Positions 49,907 through 59,888 of a DNA stretch of 64,000 bases are shown piece after piece. Below the pieces are notes generated by a model that was given only the letters and a program-made list of their open reading frames with translations, was not told the origin of the DNA and did no database searches. The translations under genes and the position numbers were made by a program. The DNA is taken from NCBI GenBank assembly GCA_040753015.1, contig JBFMHM010000001.1, positions 339,157-403,156 on the forward strand, read 5' to 3'. This stretch comes from Candidatus Omnitrophota bacterium (GTDB taxonomy: Bacteria > Omnitrophota > Gorgyraeia > Gygaellales > JBFMHM01). The first letter of the stretch is position 1; each line of letters begins with the position of its first letter.

Positions 49907-50959
49907 TTAATTAAGAATCTTCTTAGATAATTTATCTTCGATACTTACTTTAATGTTCTCAAGGCCCATTCTCGGCCTATCAAACTTTGTCTTTATCTTA
50001 AAATCTAAAACAATTTTACCGCCAATATTACTGAATACCTCAAATACTGCTCCCATAATCTTTGCAGCATCCGGCGCTTCTTTAGAATTATCTTTTGGTT
50101 CTTCGATTTTGATAAAAGTCATATTTTTTAATTCTAGATGTGATTTTATTAATAAATCGTTATTACTAGAATTTAAATCTGTCAAAAAATCTAAAGATGC
50201 CTTCTCAACCTTTAAATCGGCCAAATTCACATAATTATTGTAATAAGGCGATAGGTACATGCCGTCTATATCTCTTAAATTAATGTTCCCTTCCATATCT
50301 CTCTTACCAAAATTTACCCACCCTTGGCCGTCAATACGGCCAGCCGCGTGTTCATTTTCCCAGGGAATATTACCTTTTATTTGATATATAGTCCTCATAT
50401 GCCTCGGCGGATAGGCATAGTTTTTTAAGATAAAATTCAATGAATCAAATTTTATTTTGAGGCCGCTTTCACTAATAACTTTATCAATAACTTCAAATTT
50501 TCCATCAATAATTTTTAAATTTTTAATAACTAAAGGAATGTTTATCCTAAAACGAAAATTTTTTGCTTCTTGCGCAGAAACTTCTTTATTATCTACGCTA
50601 TCTGCAGCTAAAGCGATAACTAGCTCCTGCTTCTGCCGAGTAAAAATAATATACGGCTTATTTACAATAATATTATTTAAGACTATTTTTGCGCCTAGAA
50701 ATCCCGGTAAGCTTGGCGATATATAAATATAATCAATATTACCTAAATCTTTAATCTTGATACCGCTTACTTTAATATTAAGCGGAACACTTATCCTAAA
50801 ATTACTTATCTCTACATCTTTTTTAAAAATATTTTCTAGGCTGTTTTCTATTATAGATTCGCCTTTGATAGCGATGAATATATAAATACTACTTACAAAA
50901 AAAACAATACAAACAATCAAAATAAAAATTGCTCTTAATGTTATTTTTATCCGTCTCAT
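49907..50959 (-). CDS. Membrane-anchored hypothetical protein (possibly AsmA/DUF748-like)
   Basis: 350 aa. N-terminal TM and a beta-rich, repeat-like body. No catalytic motif. Confidence 0.3.
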   Translation of the reverse strand: MRRIKITLRAIFILIVCIVFFVSSIYIFIAIKGESIIENSLENIFKKDVEISNFRISVPLNIKVSGIKIKDLGNIDYIYISPSLPGFLGAKIVLNNIIVNKPYIIFTRQKQELVIALAADSVDNKEVSAQEAKNFRFRINIPLVIKNLKIIDGKFEVIDKVISESGLKIKFDSLNFILKNYAYPPRHMRTIYQIKGNIPWENEHAAGRIDGQGWVNFGKRDMEGNINLRDIDGMYLSPYYNNYVNLADLKVEKASLDFLTDLNSSNNDLLIKSHLELKNMTFIKIEEPKDNSKEAPDAAKIMGAVFEVFSNIGGKIVLDFKIKTKFDRPRMGLENIKVSIEDKLSKKILN

Positions 50960-50976
50960 ATTTAAATATAATTTAA

Positions 50977-51050
50977 CGTCCCCGGCCTGATTCGAACAGG
51001 CGACCCTCGGCTTAGAAGGCAGATGCTCTATCCAGCTGAGCTACGGGGAC
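50977..51050 (-). tRNA. tRNA-Arg (anticodon UCU)
   Basis: Acceptor GUCCCCG/CGGGGAC. Anticodon loop CUUCUAA. T-loop UUCGAAU. One U-C mismatch in the anticodon stem. Confidence 0.75.
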
Positions 51051-51082
51051 AGTTTTTTTAACTACCAAAACAAAAAATTAAA

Positions 51083-51157
51083 TCGGGGCGACAGGACTTG
51101 AACCTGTAACCTTCTGCTCCCAAAGCAGACGCTCTAGCCAAGTTGAGCCACGCCCCG
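51083..51157 (-). tRNA. tRNA-Pro (anticodon UGG)
   Basis: Acceptor CGGGGCG/CGCCCCG. Anticodon loop UUUGGGA. T-loop UUCAAGU. Confidence 0.85.
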
Positions 51158-51180
51158 CGTAATAAGCTTAATAAATTTTA

Positions 51181-51245
51181 ACAGAACGCTCTAGCCTCCG
51201 CCAGAGGCGGATCAGCCTTAGGCTGAAAGTTGAGCCACGCCCCGT
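51181..51245 (-). pseudogene. Partial duplicate of the tRNA-Pro 5' half, interrupted by a GC-rich palindromic (REP-like) insert
   Basis: Shares cgctctagc and aagttgagccacgccccg with the adjacent tRNA-Pro. A ~31-nt insert ctccgccagaggcggatcagccttaggctga (hairpins tccgcc-aga-ggcgga and cagcc-tta-ggctg) sits in the D-loop. Anticodon and T arms are absent. Confidence 0.5.
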
Positions 51246-51370
51246 TACAAATCTAATAACCAGCTGTTTATTAAATACAAACTATACTTTAAATCTAAAA
51301 TTAATTACTATTCTCAAATTTGCTATTATAACACTGATTATATTTAGGTGCAACCATCAATAATAAAAAG

Positions 51371-52858
51371 TTATATATAAAAATTATGAACATTCATATT
51401 GGCTTTATTCTCATAAATATATTGCACTGCCTCAAGCTCATTTTTATCAAACCAGATACTGCCGCATTTAAAACATTCGTCTATCTCTACAGGGTAGCTA
51501 TCCAATAAAAAATGCCGGCGCATTTTTTGATTACATTGCGGGCAATGTAAGATCCAAACATTTTTTGGATCAATATCCCTAAAAGAAGTTAATTTAATTT
51601 TTGATTCTAACATAGTTTGTGCATATTTTTTTGTATCTTCAGAAAACAACTTATCTTCCCTAATAAGCATTCTTGAAATTTTATTACTAGCCAATAATAC
51701 ACCTTCGCATTTATCACATCTTAAAACTAACACACCCTCACAAACAATATCAATTAAATTAATTTGACAATGAGGGCATAAACGGCTAGCTTTATCTTTA
51801 TCCGGTTGGGATATATAATATTCGGCATGCGCCACAGGAGATATACGTTTAAAAGACCTTAGGTTTTCATCTAAGGTTTTTTCATCAAGATGAGCCATGC
51901 CGGCTAAAATATTTATTCTTGTTTTTATAGGTGGATGGGTTGCAAACAAATCTGATAATACGCCCTTACTTTCGTCGAATTTATTAAACGCGGGGCTTGT
52001 AATAAATATTGCCTCTAGTTTATCCCCGTAGCTACCTGCGCCACGCCAATATCCTGAAATTAATTTTAATGCTTCGGCAAGGCTCAAGGGGTTTCTTGTC
52101 AACCTGACAGAAATTGCATCTGCGCGGTATTCACGCTGTCGTGAAATAAAAAAATTAAGCAGCCTGCTTAAAAAACTCATCGCCCCAATAACTAAATAAA
52201 TTATTAATAATAGTGCTACGCCTTTACCTCGAGAGCGCCTAAGAGTGCTTCTCAACACCGTCATAGCCTCTTCGTAAATTTCAGCTAAACAACAAGTAAC
52301 AGTTGTGGCCAAACAATCTCGGCTTATAATATGCCCTGCTTCGTGAGCAACTACTGCTTCAATCTGCGATCGGTTAAGCCTAGCAAGCAACCCTTCAGTT
52401 ACTCCAATCACAGCGTTACTATTAAAATCTTCAATCGCAAAAGCATTCATTGCGGCATTAGGTATAACTACGGCTTCAATTTTCCTTCCTCCGATAGCAA
52501 CACATACTTCATCGATAATATTTTGTAAGACATTATGATAATCATCATTATTATCCAACTTATTAGCACCCAGTGATTTTAAAATTTTTGCCAGCATATC
52601 TTTAGTTGAAAACTGCCAATGTATCAACCCAAAAATAAAAGCAATCATTAATACGAATAAGGTTATTTCTAAGGACGGGATTTGGATGAATCTAGTTAAG
52701 GCGCTATAGTGCCTAGAACTATTAGAAAAATAAAAAAAGTTTTTAACTACAAAAATAATAAACCAAGCAGTAACAAAATAGAATAAAATAATAGACAAAA
52801 ACAACCAATAGATTATGCGTGATTTATTCTCTTCTATATCGATAAACGAGAAGGGCAT
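51371..52858 (-). CDS. M48-family (HtpX-like) zinc metallopeptidase with C-terminal zinc-ribbon domains
   Basis: 495 aa. N-terminal TMs, HEAGH (HExxH) motif. The C-terminal part contains CPHCQ...C..C and CPQCNQ...C..C Cys4 clusters. Confidence 0.75.
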   Translation of the reverse strand: MPFSFIDIEENKSRIIYWLFLSIILFYFVTAWFIIFVVKNFFYFSNSSRHYSALTRFIQIPSLEITLFVLMIAFIFGLIHWQFSTKDMLAKILKSLGANKLDNNDDYHNVLQNIIDEVCVAIGGRKIEAVVIPNAAMNAFAIEDFNSNAVIGVTEGLLARLNRSQIEAVVAHEAGHIISRDCLATTVTCCLAEIYEEAMTVLRSTLRRSRGKGVALLLIIYLVIGAMSFLSRLLNFFISRQREYRADAISVRLTRNPLSLAEALKLISGYWRGAGSYGDKLEAIFITSPAFNKFDESKGVLSDLFATHPPIKTRINILAGMAHLDEKTLDENLRSFKRISPVAHAEYYISQPDKDKASRLCPHCQINLIDIVCEGVLVLRCDKCEGVLLASNKISRMLIREDKLFSEDTKKYAQTMLESKIKLTSFRDIDPKNVWILHCPQCNQKMRRHFLLDSYPVEIDECFKCGSIWFDKNELEAVQYIYENKANMNVHNFYI

Positions 52859-52864
52859 AAAGGA

Positions 52865-53410
52865 CTAGAATTTTACTTGTGGAGCCTGCCTTTGCGCTGC
52901 TTCCTCTATTTCGAAGAATTCTTTTGTTTTAAAACCCGTAAAATTAGCTACAATATTTGTAGGTACTGTCTGTATTTTTGTGTTATATAGGCGTGTTTCA
53001 TCGTTATAAAATTGACGGGCGAATGAAATTTTATTTTCTGTTGAGGTAAGCTCTTCTTGTAACTTCAGTACATTCTGATTCGCTTTAACATCAGGATACC
53101 GCTCAACAACTGCAAACAGGCTGCGGAGTGTCTGGGTTAATAAATTTTCTGCGGCAATCTTGTCTTTTAAAGCAGTTGCGTCAATGGCCTGCGTACGCGC
53201 TTTTATAACACGCTCTAATGTATCTTTCTCGTGCGCCATATAACCTTTTACTGCTTCAACCAGGTTAGGAATCAAATCGTGGCGGCGTTTAAGCTGTACG
53301 TCAATTTGCGACCATGCATTTTCTGTCCTAACTCTCAACCCTACTAATAAATTATATGCTGCAAAAAACCAAATAACTGCCATAATTAATGCCAATATTA
53401 ACATTACCAT
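52865..53410 (-). CDS. lemA: LemA family protein
   Basis: 181 aa. N-terminal TM followed by the conserved LemA region (NAW.QIDVQLKRRHDLIPNLV). Confidence 0.8.
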   Translation of the reverse strand: MVMLILALIMAVIWFFAAYNLLVGLRVRTENAWSQIDVQLKRRHDLIPNLVEAVKGYMAHEKDTLERVIKARTQAIDATALKDKIAAENLLTQTLRSLFAVVERYPDVKANQNVLKLQEELTSTENKISFARQFYNDETRLYNTKIQTVPTNIVANFTGFKTKEFFEIEEAAQRQAPQVKF

Positions 53411-53431
53411 CCTACACCCCCTTTTTATTAT

Positions 53432-54205
53432 CTATTCAAATTTTGCACTGTTAGTACAAACTATGACTCTTTCTGAACCAAGATCTGTTTCTAGGCCTTC
53501 ATATTTAACTAACTCATAAGGCATGTCAGAATTAAACCAAACAAACGTATTCGTAACTAAAAATTTCAGAATATTAAATATTCCAATGTCGGGATCGAGC
53601 AAGATTTTATATGCTTTTATTTTTTGATTATTGAAATCTAGTTCTTCTTCTTTAATAACTCTTAAATCAACCTTATAAAGGGCTGGTTTTGAACTTACGA
53701 AATATATCGGTTCAAACTTTCTATTTGCCAAAAGCGTCTTTCTAATCTGAAGCGGCAGAGTTAGCTTATTTGCTATCTGGCCGCGAATTTCAAGCTCCCC
53801 TTTTTTAGCCTTATGCTTTAAATAATCTTCTGCTTCAATATAAACCTTTTTATTAGCATAATCATAAGTTTGTAATTCTTTTAAAATAAGTTTTTGGTCT
53901 TGAGTAAAAAATTCTGTTTGGCTTTTTAAAATACGGTAATTATCGTCAGTTGTTTTTTCATAAAAAACAACTGTTTTTCTGGTGATCTCTCCATCGTATC
54001 CTGAATATATACCTTTAGCCTCCTCGCTGATTTTATATATTGAGGCTATGTTATCCGCTGAGCTAATTGCTGCCTTTGCCTGCCAACGCGGTTGATTATC
54101 CTTTACAGAAAAACATTCATAGTCCATTTCTCTCATCTCTAATGAAGCACAAGAAACATAAGAAACAAATAATATAAAATAAATAAATAATATAAAAATT
54201 CTCAT
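53432..54205 (-). CDS. Hypothetical secreted protein/lipoprotein
   Basis: 257 aa with signal peptide (Cys near the cleavage region). No motif recognised. Confidence 0.3.
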   Translation of the reverse strand: MRIFILFIYFILFVSYVSCASLEMREMDYECFSVKDNQPRWQAKAAISSADNIASIYKISEEAKGIYSGYDGEITRKTVVFYEKTTDDNYRILKSQTEFFTQDQKLILKELQTYDYANKKVYIEAEDYLKHKAKKGELEIRGQIANKLTLPLQIRKTLLANRKFEPIYFVSSKPALYKVDLRVIKEEELDFNNQKIKAYKILLDPDIGIFNILKFLVTNTFVWFNSDMPYELVKYEGLETDLGSERVIVCTNSAKFE

Positions 54206-54275
54206 AATAAAAAAATTAGTAAATAACTTAATTTGAACATACTTATTAATTATTATATAATAAATACCTTAAATT

Positions 54276-56774
54276 ATGAAAAGAAAAATATTATTAATAA
54301 TTTTGGGTTTTGCACTCTTATGCGCAGGATTAACTCTTTATATAAATAGAATTTTTATACCGGTTAAAGCCCGGTCTAAATTAATCCAATTTCTTGAAGA
54401 TAAAACTAAAAGAAAAGTTCAAATAGATAGCATAAACTATAACCTCTTAAAAGGATTTGTCTTAAAGAATATTACACTATCTGAAGAAAACTTAGCTCAA
54501 CAGTTCATAAAAATTGATGAGATAAGTTTTAATCCTCAAATTCTACCAATCATTTTCAAAAAAATTATAATTCCATCTGTAAATATTATATCCGCTGATA
54601 TTAATCTAGCTTATCTTGCTGAGAATGAATGGAATTTCTCGAGCCTTATTCCTAAAAACCAGCAAATAAAAACAAAACAGCCGTTTTCTTTAATTATTTT
54701 TAAAATCAATATTGAAAATTCAAAAATTCATTTTACAGATAAAACAAAAAACCCCGAATTCAAAAAAGATATCGAAGATTTTAACTTAAAACTATATTTT
54801 CTTCTTGATTCATCAAAACTATATATTAATTTTTTAATTAAAGAAAATGAATTTGATACATTGATATCTTTAAAAACTAAATATAATTTTAAAAACAAAG
54901 AAGCTAATTCTTTGCTATCAGCCCATAATTTTAGTATTGCTGGTTATAAACCATATCTAAAAATCCATAGTTTTGATTTTGAACGATATTTTATTAATAA
55001 TACCAGGGCAAATTTTTCTTATTCGTTCGTAGATAAAAAATTGCAGGGAAACTTAACAGCTGATATAAATAATATACCTTTAGAAATAAGGGGCTCTTTA
55101 ACTAATTTTAAAGAATTAATTCTGGATTTGAATCTTGTATCAGAATTTGAACTAAAAGATTTAAAAGAAATCCTGCCGCAAGAAGTAAAAAATAAAATAA
55201 AACTAATAAGCGGCCAAGTATTCATAAACTTACAAGCTAAATCCCCGCTTAATACATTGATAGAGAATCTAAATGGACAAGTTAATATTTCTAATGCAGA
55301 TATAGAATTATTGAATCAAGATAAAACGGAGGCATTAAGAAAACTTAGCTCGATAAATGGAAAATTCTCTATAAGTAATGACCAAATTACAACCGATAAT
55401 TTAAATGCCATAATTGCAGATATTCCTATAAATCTAAAAGGCAGCATCACTAAATTAAAAAAACCAGATTTGAATATCCAAATTCTTTCGATGTTTGATT
55501 TAAAAAATATACAAAAAATACTTCCTCAAGATATAATTCCAAAACTAGAAAAATTTGAAGGCCAAGCGAATATAAAACTTAATATAAAAGGCCCGGTAGA
55601 AAATTTATTTTCGGATATAAGCGGAAATATTAATTTATCAAATGGCAGTATTAAGCTAACTACAGTTAAATTCCCCTTAGAAAATATTCGTGCAGATATT
55701 GAATTCAAAAAAAATGTAATTAATGCAAATTTTGATTCTTCGCTTCTAAAAATCATTGCCGAACTTAACACCCAAGAAAGAATTATAAATATCCTGAGGT
55801 TAAAATTACAGCTTGCCGAATCTAAATTTAATTTTGAAAATGGGGTATTAAATATAGTTGAATCAAAAAATCCAAACATCAATCTTACAGGCGATATCCA
55901 GTTAAAGCTAGAGGACTTAAAAAACTTTTTCCCAAAAATATCTGATAAAATTAAAGGTAATTTAAACGGAAGCATTTTAATAAACGGAGATATAAAAAAT
56001 TTTACAAACTTATCAATTAAATCAGAGCTGTATGCCGATATAATTAAAATTTATGATTTAAATATAAAAAATAATCATATTCACTATGAGCAAACAAATG
56101 GGCAAATTAAGAATTTAGAAATTAATTCTTCCTGTTATGCGGGAGAGATCTATCTATTATTACAAGGAAAATTTATTAAGAATAGTATTGACTATATAGG
56201 GGATTTGGAAATAAAAAATATTGAATTAGGCGAAATAGGTAAAGATGTTAAATGGAAGAATAAAAAAATATCTGGGCTCGTAAATGCAAAGGTTATTGCC
56301 AGCGGAATGTCCAATGAGCTGTCAACCCTGCAGGGCAAAGGGATTATTCTTATAACTAACGGCTATCTTGGAGAAATAAATCTATTCAAAGGGTTATTTG
56401 GCGTATTATCAGTTGCAAATTTTGAAAGTATTATTTTTAAAAACGGCGGATGTAATTTTTATATAAAAGATAAATCTCTATATACCGATAATTTACAACT
56501 TATAAGCGAGCAGATGGATTTACTTAGCGAAGGCCGCCTGGGATTTAACGGCGAATTAGATTTTATAGTAGGAACAAACCTAAGGGCATTACCGTCTATC
56601 TCTACGAGCCCATCGCCCTTTGAGCAAATAATAAGTGCTATAGCATCCACCGCAGCAGGCGCCCTTTCAGCTAAAGTCACCGGTACAATAAAAGAACCAA
56701 AATATAAGCTCACCCCTATGCCTGGCGGAATAATAAAAGGATTTAAAAATATTCAGGGTATATTAAGTAAATAA
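54276..56774 (+). CDS. AsmA/TamB-like large envelope protein
   Basis: 832 aa. N-terminal TM anchor and a long beta-rich repetitive body. The only convincing plus-strand gene in the window. Confidence 0.5.
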   Translation: MKRKILLIILGFALLCAGLTLYINRIFIPVKARSKLIQFLEDKTKRKVQIDSINYNLLKGFVLKNITLSEENLAQQFIKIDEISFNPQILPIIFKKIIIPSVNIISADINLAYLAENEWNFSSLIPKNQQIKTKQPFSLIIFKINIENSKIHFTDKTKNPEFKKDIEDFNLKLYFLLDSSKLYINFLIKENEFDTLISLKTKYNFKNKEANSLLSAHNFSIAGYKPYLKIHSFDFERYFINNTRANFSYSFVDKKLQGNLTADINNIPLEIRGSLTNFKELILDLNLVSEFELKDLKEILPQEVKNKIKLISGQVFINLQAKSPLNTLIENLNGQVNISNADIELLNQDKTEALRKLSSINGKFSISNDQITTDNLNAIIADIPINLKGSITKLKKPDLNIQILSMFDLKNIQKILPQDIIPKLEKFEGQANIKLNIKGPVENLFSDISGNINLSNGSIKLTTVKFPLENIRADIEFKKNVINANFDSSLLKIIAELNTQERIINILRLKLQLAESKFNFENGVLNIVESKNPNINLTGDIQLKLEDLKNFFPKISDKIKGNLNGSILINGDIKNFTNLSIKSELYADIIKIYDLNIKNNHIHYEQTNGQIKNLEINSSCYAGEIYLLLQGKFIKNSIDYIGDLEIKNIELGEIGKDVKWKNKKISGLVNAKVIASGMSNELSTLQGKGIILITNGYLGEINLFKGLFGVLSVANFESIIFKNGGCNFYIKDKSLYTDNLQLISEQMDLLSEGRLGFNGELDFIVGTNLRALPSISTSPSPFEQIISAIASTAAGALSAKVTGTIKEPKYKLTPMPGGIIKGFKNIQGILSK

Positions 56775-57355
56775 CTCTTAATAATCTTTTTTACTTTTTT
56801 AATTGCCTTTGCGCGATGGCTGATTTTATGCTTAATTTCAAGCCCAAGCTCAGCCACAGTCTTATTGTATTTAGGCACTACGAATAAAGGATCATAACCA
56901 AAACCTGTGCTACCTTTCATTTTGAATCCAATTAATCCGTTGAAACGTGCTTCAACTACACCAATCAATCCTCGTTTATCAGCCAAGGCAATTGCACAGC
57001 TATAAAATGCCTGTCTTTTATTTAAGGGGATATTTTTTAATGCGCCTAATAATTTGAGATTATTTTTTCTATCTGTAAAGTTTTTTCCAGAATAACGAGC
57101 CGAATAGACGCCGGGTACGCCACCTAAGGCTATTACTGAAAGTCCGGAATCCTCGCCCATAACAAGTTTATTTAGTGCTTTTGCAATTGTGGTTGCTTTT
57201 ATTATTGCATTTTCTTTAAAAGTTTTTCCGTCTTCTATTATTTCTGGAAGGTTTTTAAAATCAGATAGGGATGTAATTTCTAGATTTAGATCTTTAAGTA
57301 AATCTTTTACTTCTTCTAATTTCTTTTTATTTTTTGTCGCAACAACAAGCTGCAT
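56753..57355 (-). CDS. rdgB: Non-canonical purine NTP pyrophosphatase (RdgB/HAM1)
   Basis: 200 aa. VATKNKKKLEE N-terminus and FGYDPLF motif. Confidence 0.85.
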   Translation of the reverse strand: MQLVVATKNKKKLEEVKDLLKDLNLEITSLSDFKNLPEIIEDGKTFKENAIIKATTIAKALNKLVMGEDSGLSVIALGGVPGVYSARYSGKNFTDRKNNLKLLGALKNIPLNKRQAFYSCAIALADKRGLIGVVEARFNGLIGFKMKGSTGFGYDPLFVVPKYNKTVAELGLEIKHKISHRAKAIKKVKKIIKSYLLNIP

Positions 57356-57359
57356 AACA

Positions 57360-58097
57360 TTAAACTTCTAAAATATCTTTTTGAATTTTAACTAACTCTT
57401 TTATGCCTTTTTCTGCTAAAGCCAAGAGATCATCCATTTGCTTTTTATTAAATGGCTCTTTTTCTGCTGTACCTTGGATCTCGATAAATCTACCGCTTCC
57501 TGTCATTATAACATTCATATCAACTTCTGCTTTAGAGTCTTCTTGATAATTTAAGTCAAGCGCTGGCTTGCCCTCTATAATTCCAACACTAGTTGCGGCA
57601 ACATAATCTTTTAAAGGTATGCCATTAATTAAACCCTGTTTCTTAATTTTTTTTAATGCCAGGCCTAAGGCAATAAAACCTCCGGTAATCGATGCTGTGC
57701 GCGTACCACCATCGCCCTGTATAACGTCGCAGTCAATTTTAATCGTCCGCTCGCCAATAGCCTTCATATCCATAACTGTGCGAAGAGACCTGCCAATAAG
57801 CCGTTGAATTTCAAATGTTCGTCCAGAAATTCTATCTCGGTCGCGGTTAATTCTTGTCTGGCATGACCTAGGCAACATGCCATATTCAGCAGTAATCCAG
57901 CCGGTTGCGGAACCTTTCAAAAATGGCGGGACGTTTTCTTCAACAGTTGCAGTACAAACAACCCGTGTATTGCCTAATTCAATCAAACATGAGCCTTCTG
58001 CATAGCTAATATAATTTTGGGTTACAGTTACTTTTCTTAAACTATCCATTCCTCTACCATCAACCCTTGTCATAGATATCCTTTCCTTGCGAATCAA
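57360..58097 (-). CDS. rph: Ribonuclease PH
   Basis: 245 aa. R(V)DGR...R and TAEYGMLP motifs. Confidence 0.9.
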   Translation of the reverse strand: MIRKERISMTRVDGRGMDSLRKVTVTQNYISYAEGSCLIELGNTRVVCTATVEENVPPFLKGSATGWITAEYGMLPRSCQTRINRDRDRISGRTFEIQRLIGRSLRTVMDMKAIGERTIKIDCDVIQGDGGTRTASITGGFIALGLALKKIKKQGLINGIPLKDYVAATSVGIIEGKPALDLNYQEDSKAEVDMNVIMTGSGRFIEIQGTAEKEPFNKKQMDDLLALAEKGIKELVKIQKDILEV

Positions 58098-58593
58098 TTC
58101 CTACAATCAATGGAAAATCTTCGACTTCTAATTTATAAATTGCCTCTGCCCCTAAATCAGGGTAAGCAACTAATATTTTTTTCTTGATATATTTTGAAAT
58201 TAATGCCCCACAACCAGCATAAGTTAAAAAATAAAGCCCCTTGTATTTTTTTATTGCATTACACACTTCTTTTGAACGCCTGCCTTTGCCAATCATCCCC
58301 TTTAGTCCAGCTTTTAATAAAGTTGGCGTAAATTTATCCATACGTGAGCTTGTTGTTGGCCCGCAAGAGCCGATGACCTTACCACGAGGTGTGCTAGTCG
58401 GCCCACAATAATAAAATATCTGGCCCTTAATAGGTATCGGTAGGGAATGATCGCGGCCATTCCCTACTTTTTTAATTGCATCAACTAATCGCTTATGGGC
58501 TTGATCGCGCGCAGTATAAATTGTTCCCGTAAATAATAACTCATCGCCAACTTTCAATTTATTAAATGACAACACTCGCGCTCCTTGTTGCAT
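58060..58593 (-). CDS. Class I (Fe-S) fumarate hydratase, beta (C-terminal) subunit
   Basis: 177 aa. Swivel-domain-like subunit of the split FumA/TtdB type, overlapping the alpha subunit gene. Confidence 0.8.
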   Translation of the reverse strand: MQQGARVLSFNKLKVGDELLFTGTIYTARDQAHKRLVDAIKKVGNGRDHSLPIPIKGQIFYYCGPTSTPRGKVIGSCGPTTSSRMDKFTPTLLKAGLKGMIGKGRRSKEVCNAIKKYKGLYFLTYAGCGALISKYIKKKILVAYPDLGAEAIYKLEVEDFPLIVGIDSQGKDIYDKG

Positions 58594-59425
58594 GACAACT
58601 AATATTTACACATACCGGAAGGCCAGCAATATGCGTTGGGTAAGTTGACACTTTAACTGCTAAAGCAGTAGTTTTTCCACCTAACCCCATCGGCCCAATG
58701 TTTAATTTATTTACCTCTTTTAATAACGTTTCTTCGAGTTTTTCAATTTTTGAATTTTGATTTGTCGTTTTGATTTTTGATTTTTGATTTTTGATTTTTT
58801 TTAGCAATGCCTTTTTTGCCAAAAGCCCTGCATAATCTGCTGTCCCTCCAATTCCCACGCCTACAATATACGGCGGGCAGGCATCTGGCCCAGCCTCTTT
58901 AACTGCTTCAATAATAAAATTTTTAATTTCCTCTAAACCAACCGTTGGATTAAACATCTTTAGTTTAGTTTTATTTTCTGAACCAAAACCTTTTGGCAAA
59001 ACTGTTATTTTTAATTTATTGCCTTTTACGATATCGAAATGAATTACTGTAGGGGCAAGACATGCCTTACCCCTAAGAAACAACGGATCTTTAATAATTG
59101 AATTTCTAAAACTTGCGTTTTTATACCCTTGTTCTATCCCTCGATTGATTGCTTGTCTTAAATCGCCGCCGATAATCTCAACCTGCTCACCTAACTCAAC
59201 AAAAACAACTGGTAAACCTGTATCTTGGCAAATTGCCAAATTTTCTTGCCTTGCAAGCTGGGCATTTTCAATAATCTTACTTAAGATTTTCTTTGCTCGG
59301 CTATTTGTTTCTTTTTTAGAAGCCTGTTTTAAGCTAGCTAAAACGTCTGATCTTAGTTCAATATTTGCCGCGATACTTAGCTCTTTAACAGCTTTTGTGA
59401 TTTGTTCTGTTTTGATTTTCCGCAT
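58562..59425 (-). CDS. Class I (Fe-S) fumarate hydratase, alpha (N-terminal) subunit
   Basis: 287 aa. CQDTG cluster-ligand motif. Carries an internal KIKNQKSKIKTTNQNSKI insert encoded by a heptanucleotide repeat. Confidence 0.8.
   Translation of the reverse strand: MRKIKTEQITKAVKELSIAANIELRSDVLASLKQASKKETNSRAKKILSKIIENAQLARQENLAICQDTGLPVVFVELGEQVEIIGGDLRQAINRGIEQGYKNASFRNSIIKDPLFLRGKACLAPTVIHFDIVKGNKLKITVLPKGFGSENKTKLKMFNPTVGLEEIKNFIIEAVKEAGPDACPPYIVGVGIGGTADYAGLLAKKALLKKIKNQKSKIKTTNQNSKIEKLEETLLKEVNKLNIGPMGLGGKTTALAVKVSTYPTHIAGLPVCVNISCHATRSASVVI
58752..58800. repeat. Heptanucleotide tandem repeat (TTTTGAT/GATTTTT x4-6) inside the fumarase alpha gene
   Basis: gattttt is repeated four times perfectly (58772-58799), preceded by degenerate copies. 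It encodes KKIKNQKSKIK. Confidence 0.7.
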
Positions 59426-59881
59426 TTAAAATTTTGATTTTTGATTTTTAATCTTTGATTTTTTATCGTATTCTCTTAAAACGCTTGTGTTAATGCCGCC
59501 GCGAGCGTTAAATTTGCTCTCAATTTTTGCCCAACGAGGTTTTACGGCATTAACAAAATCATCAAGAACCTTATTAGTTAAATTCTCATGAAATATCCCA
59601 ACATTGCGGTAAAAAACCAAATATAGCTTAAATGACTTTAATTCAATACAAAATTTATCTGGAATATACTGAATATTTATTGTTGCATAATCAGGAAGGC
59701 CTGTCTTTGGGCAGATACAACTAAACTCAAATACATCAAGATTGATTACATAATTTTTATCGCTATATTTATTTCTAAAAACTTCCATTGCCGGAGTGCC
59801 TAAATCTCTAATATCTTCCTGTAGATTCTCGTAATTGCTTTTTTGTTTTTGAATTTTAGTTTTACGCTTTTCGTTTTGCAT
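59426..59881 (-). CDS. queF: NADPH-dependent 7-cyano-7-deazaguanine reductase (type I QueF)
   Basis: 151 aa. E(F)SCICPKTGLPD catalytic Cys motif. C-terminal KSKIKNQKSKF tail encoded by the same heptamer repeat. Confidence 0.8.
   Translation of the reverse strand: MQNEKRKTKIQKQKSNYENLQEDIRDLGTPAMEVFRNKYSDKNYVINLDVFEFSCICPKTGLPDYATINIQYIPDKFCIELKSFKLYLVFYRNVGIFHENLTNKVLDDFVNAVKPRWAKIESKFNARGGINTSVLREYDKKSKIKNQKSKF
59430..59465. repeat. Second TTTTGAT-type heptanucleotide repeat tract spanning the queF 3' end and the fumarase start
   Basis: ttttgat ttttgat ttttaat ctttgat ttttt. Encodes the last 9 aa of QueF and abuts the fumA ATG. Confidence 0.65.
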
Positions 59882-59888
59882 TTTTAGT

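Noticed and set aside
58741-59465. Possible CRISPR array suggested by the repeated TTTTGAT units
   Set aside because: The units are 7 nt, contiguous, without spacers, and lie inside coding sequence. This is a simple-sequence repeat, not CRISPR.
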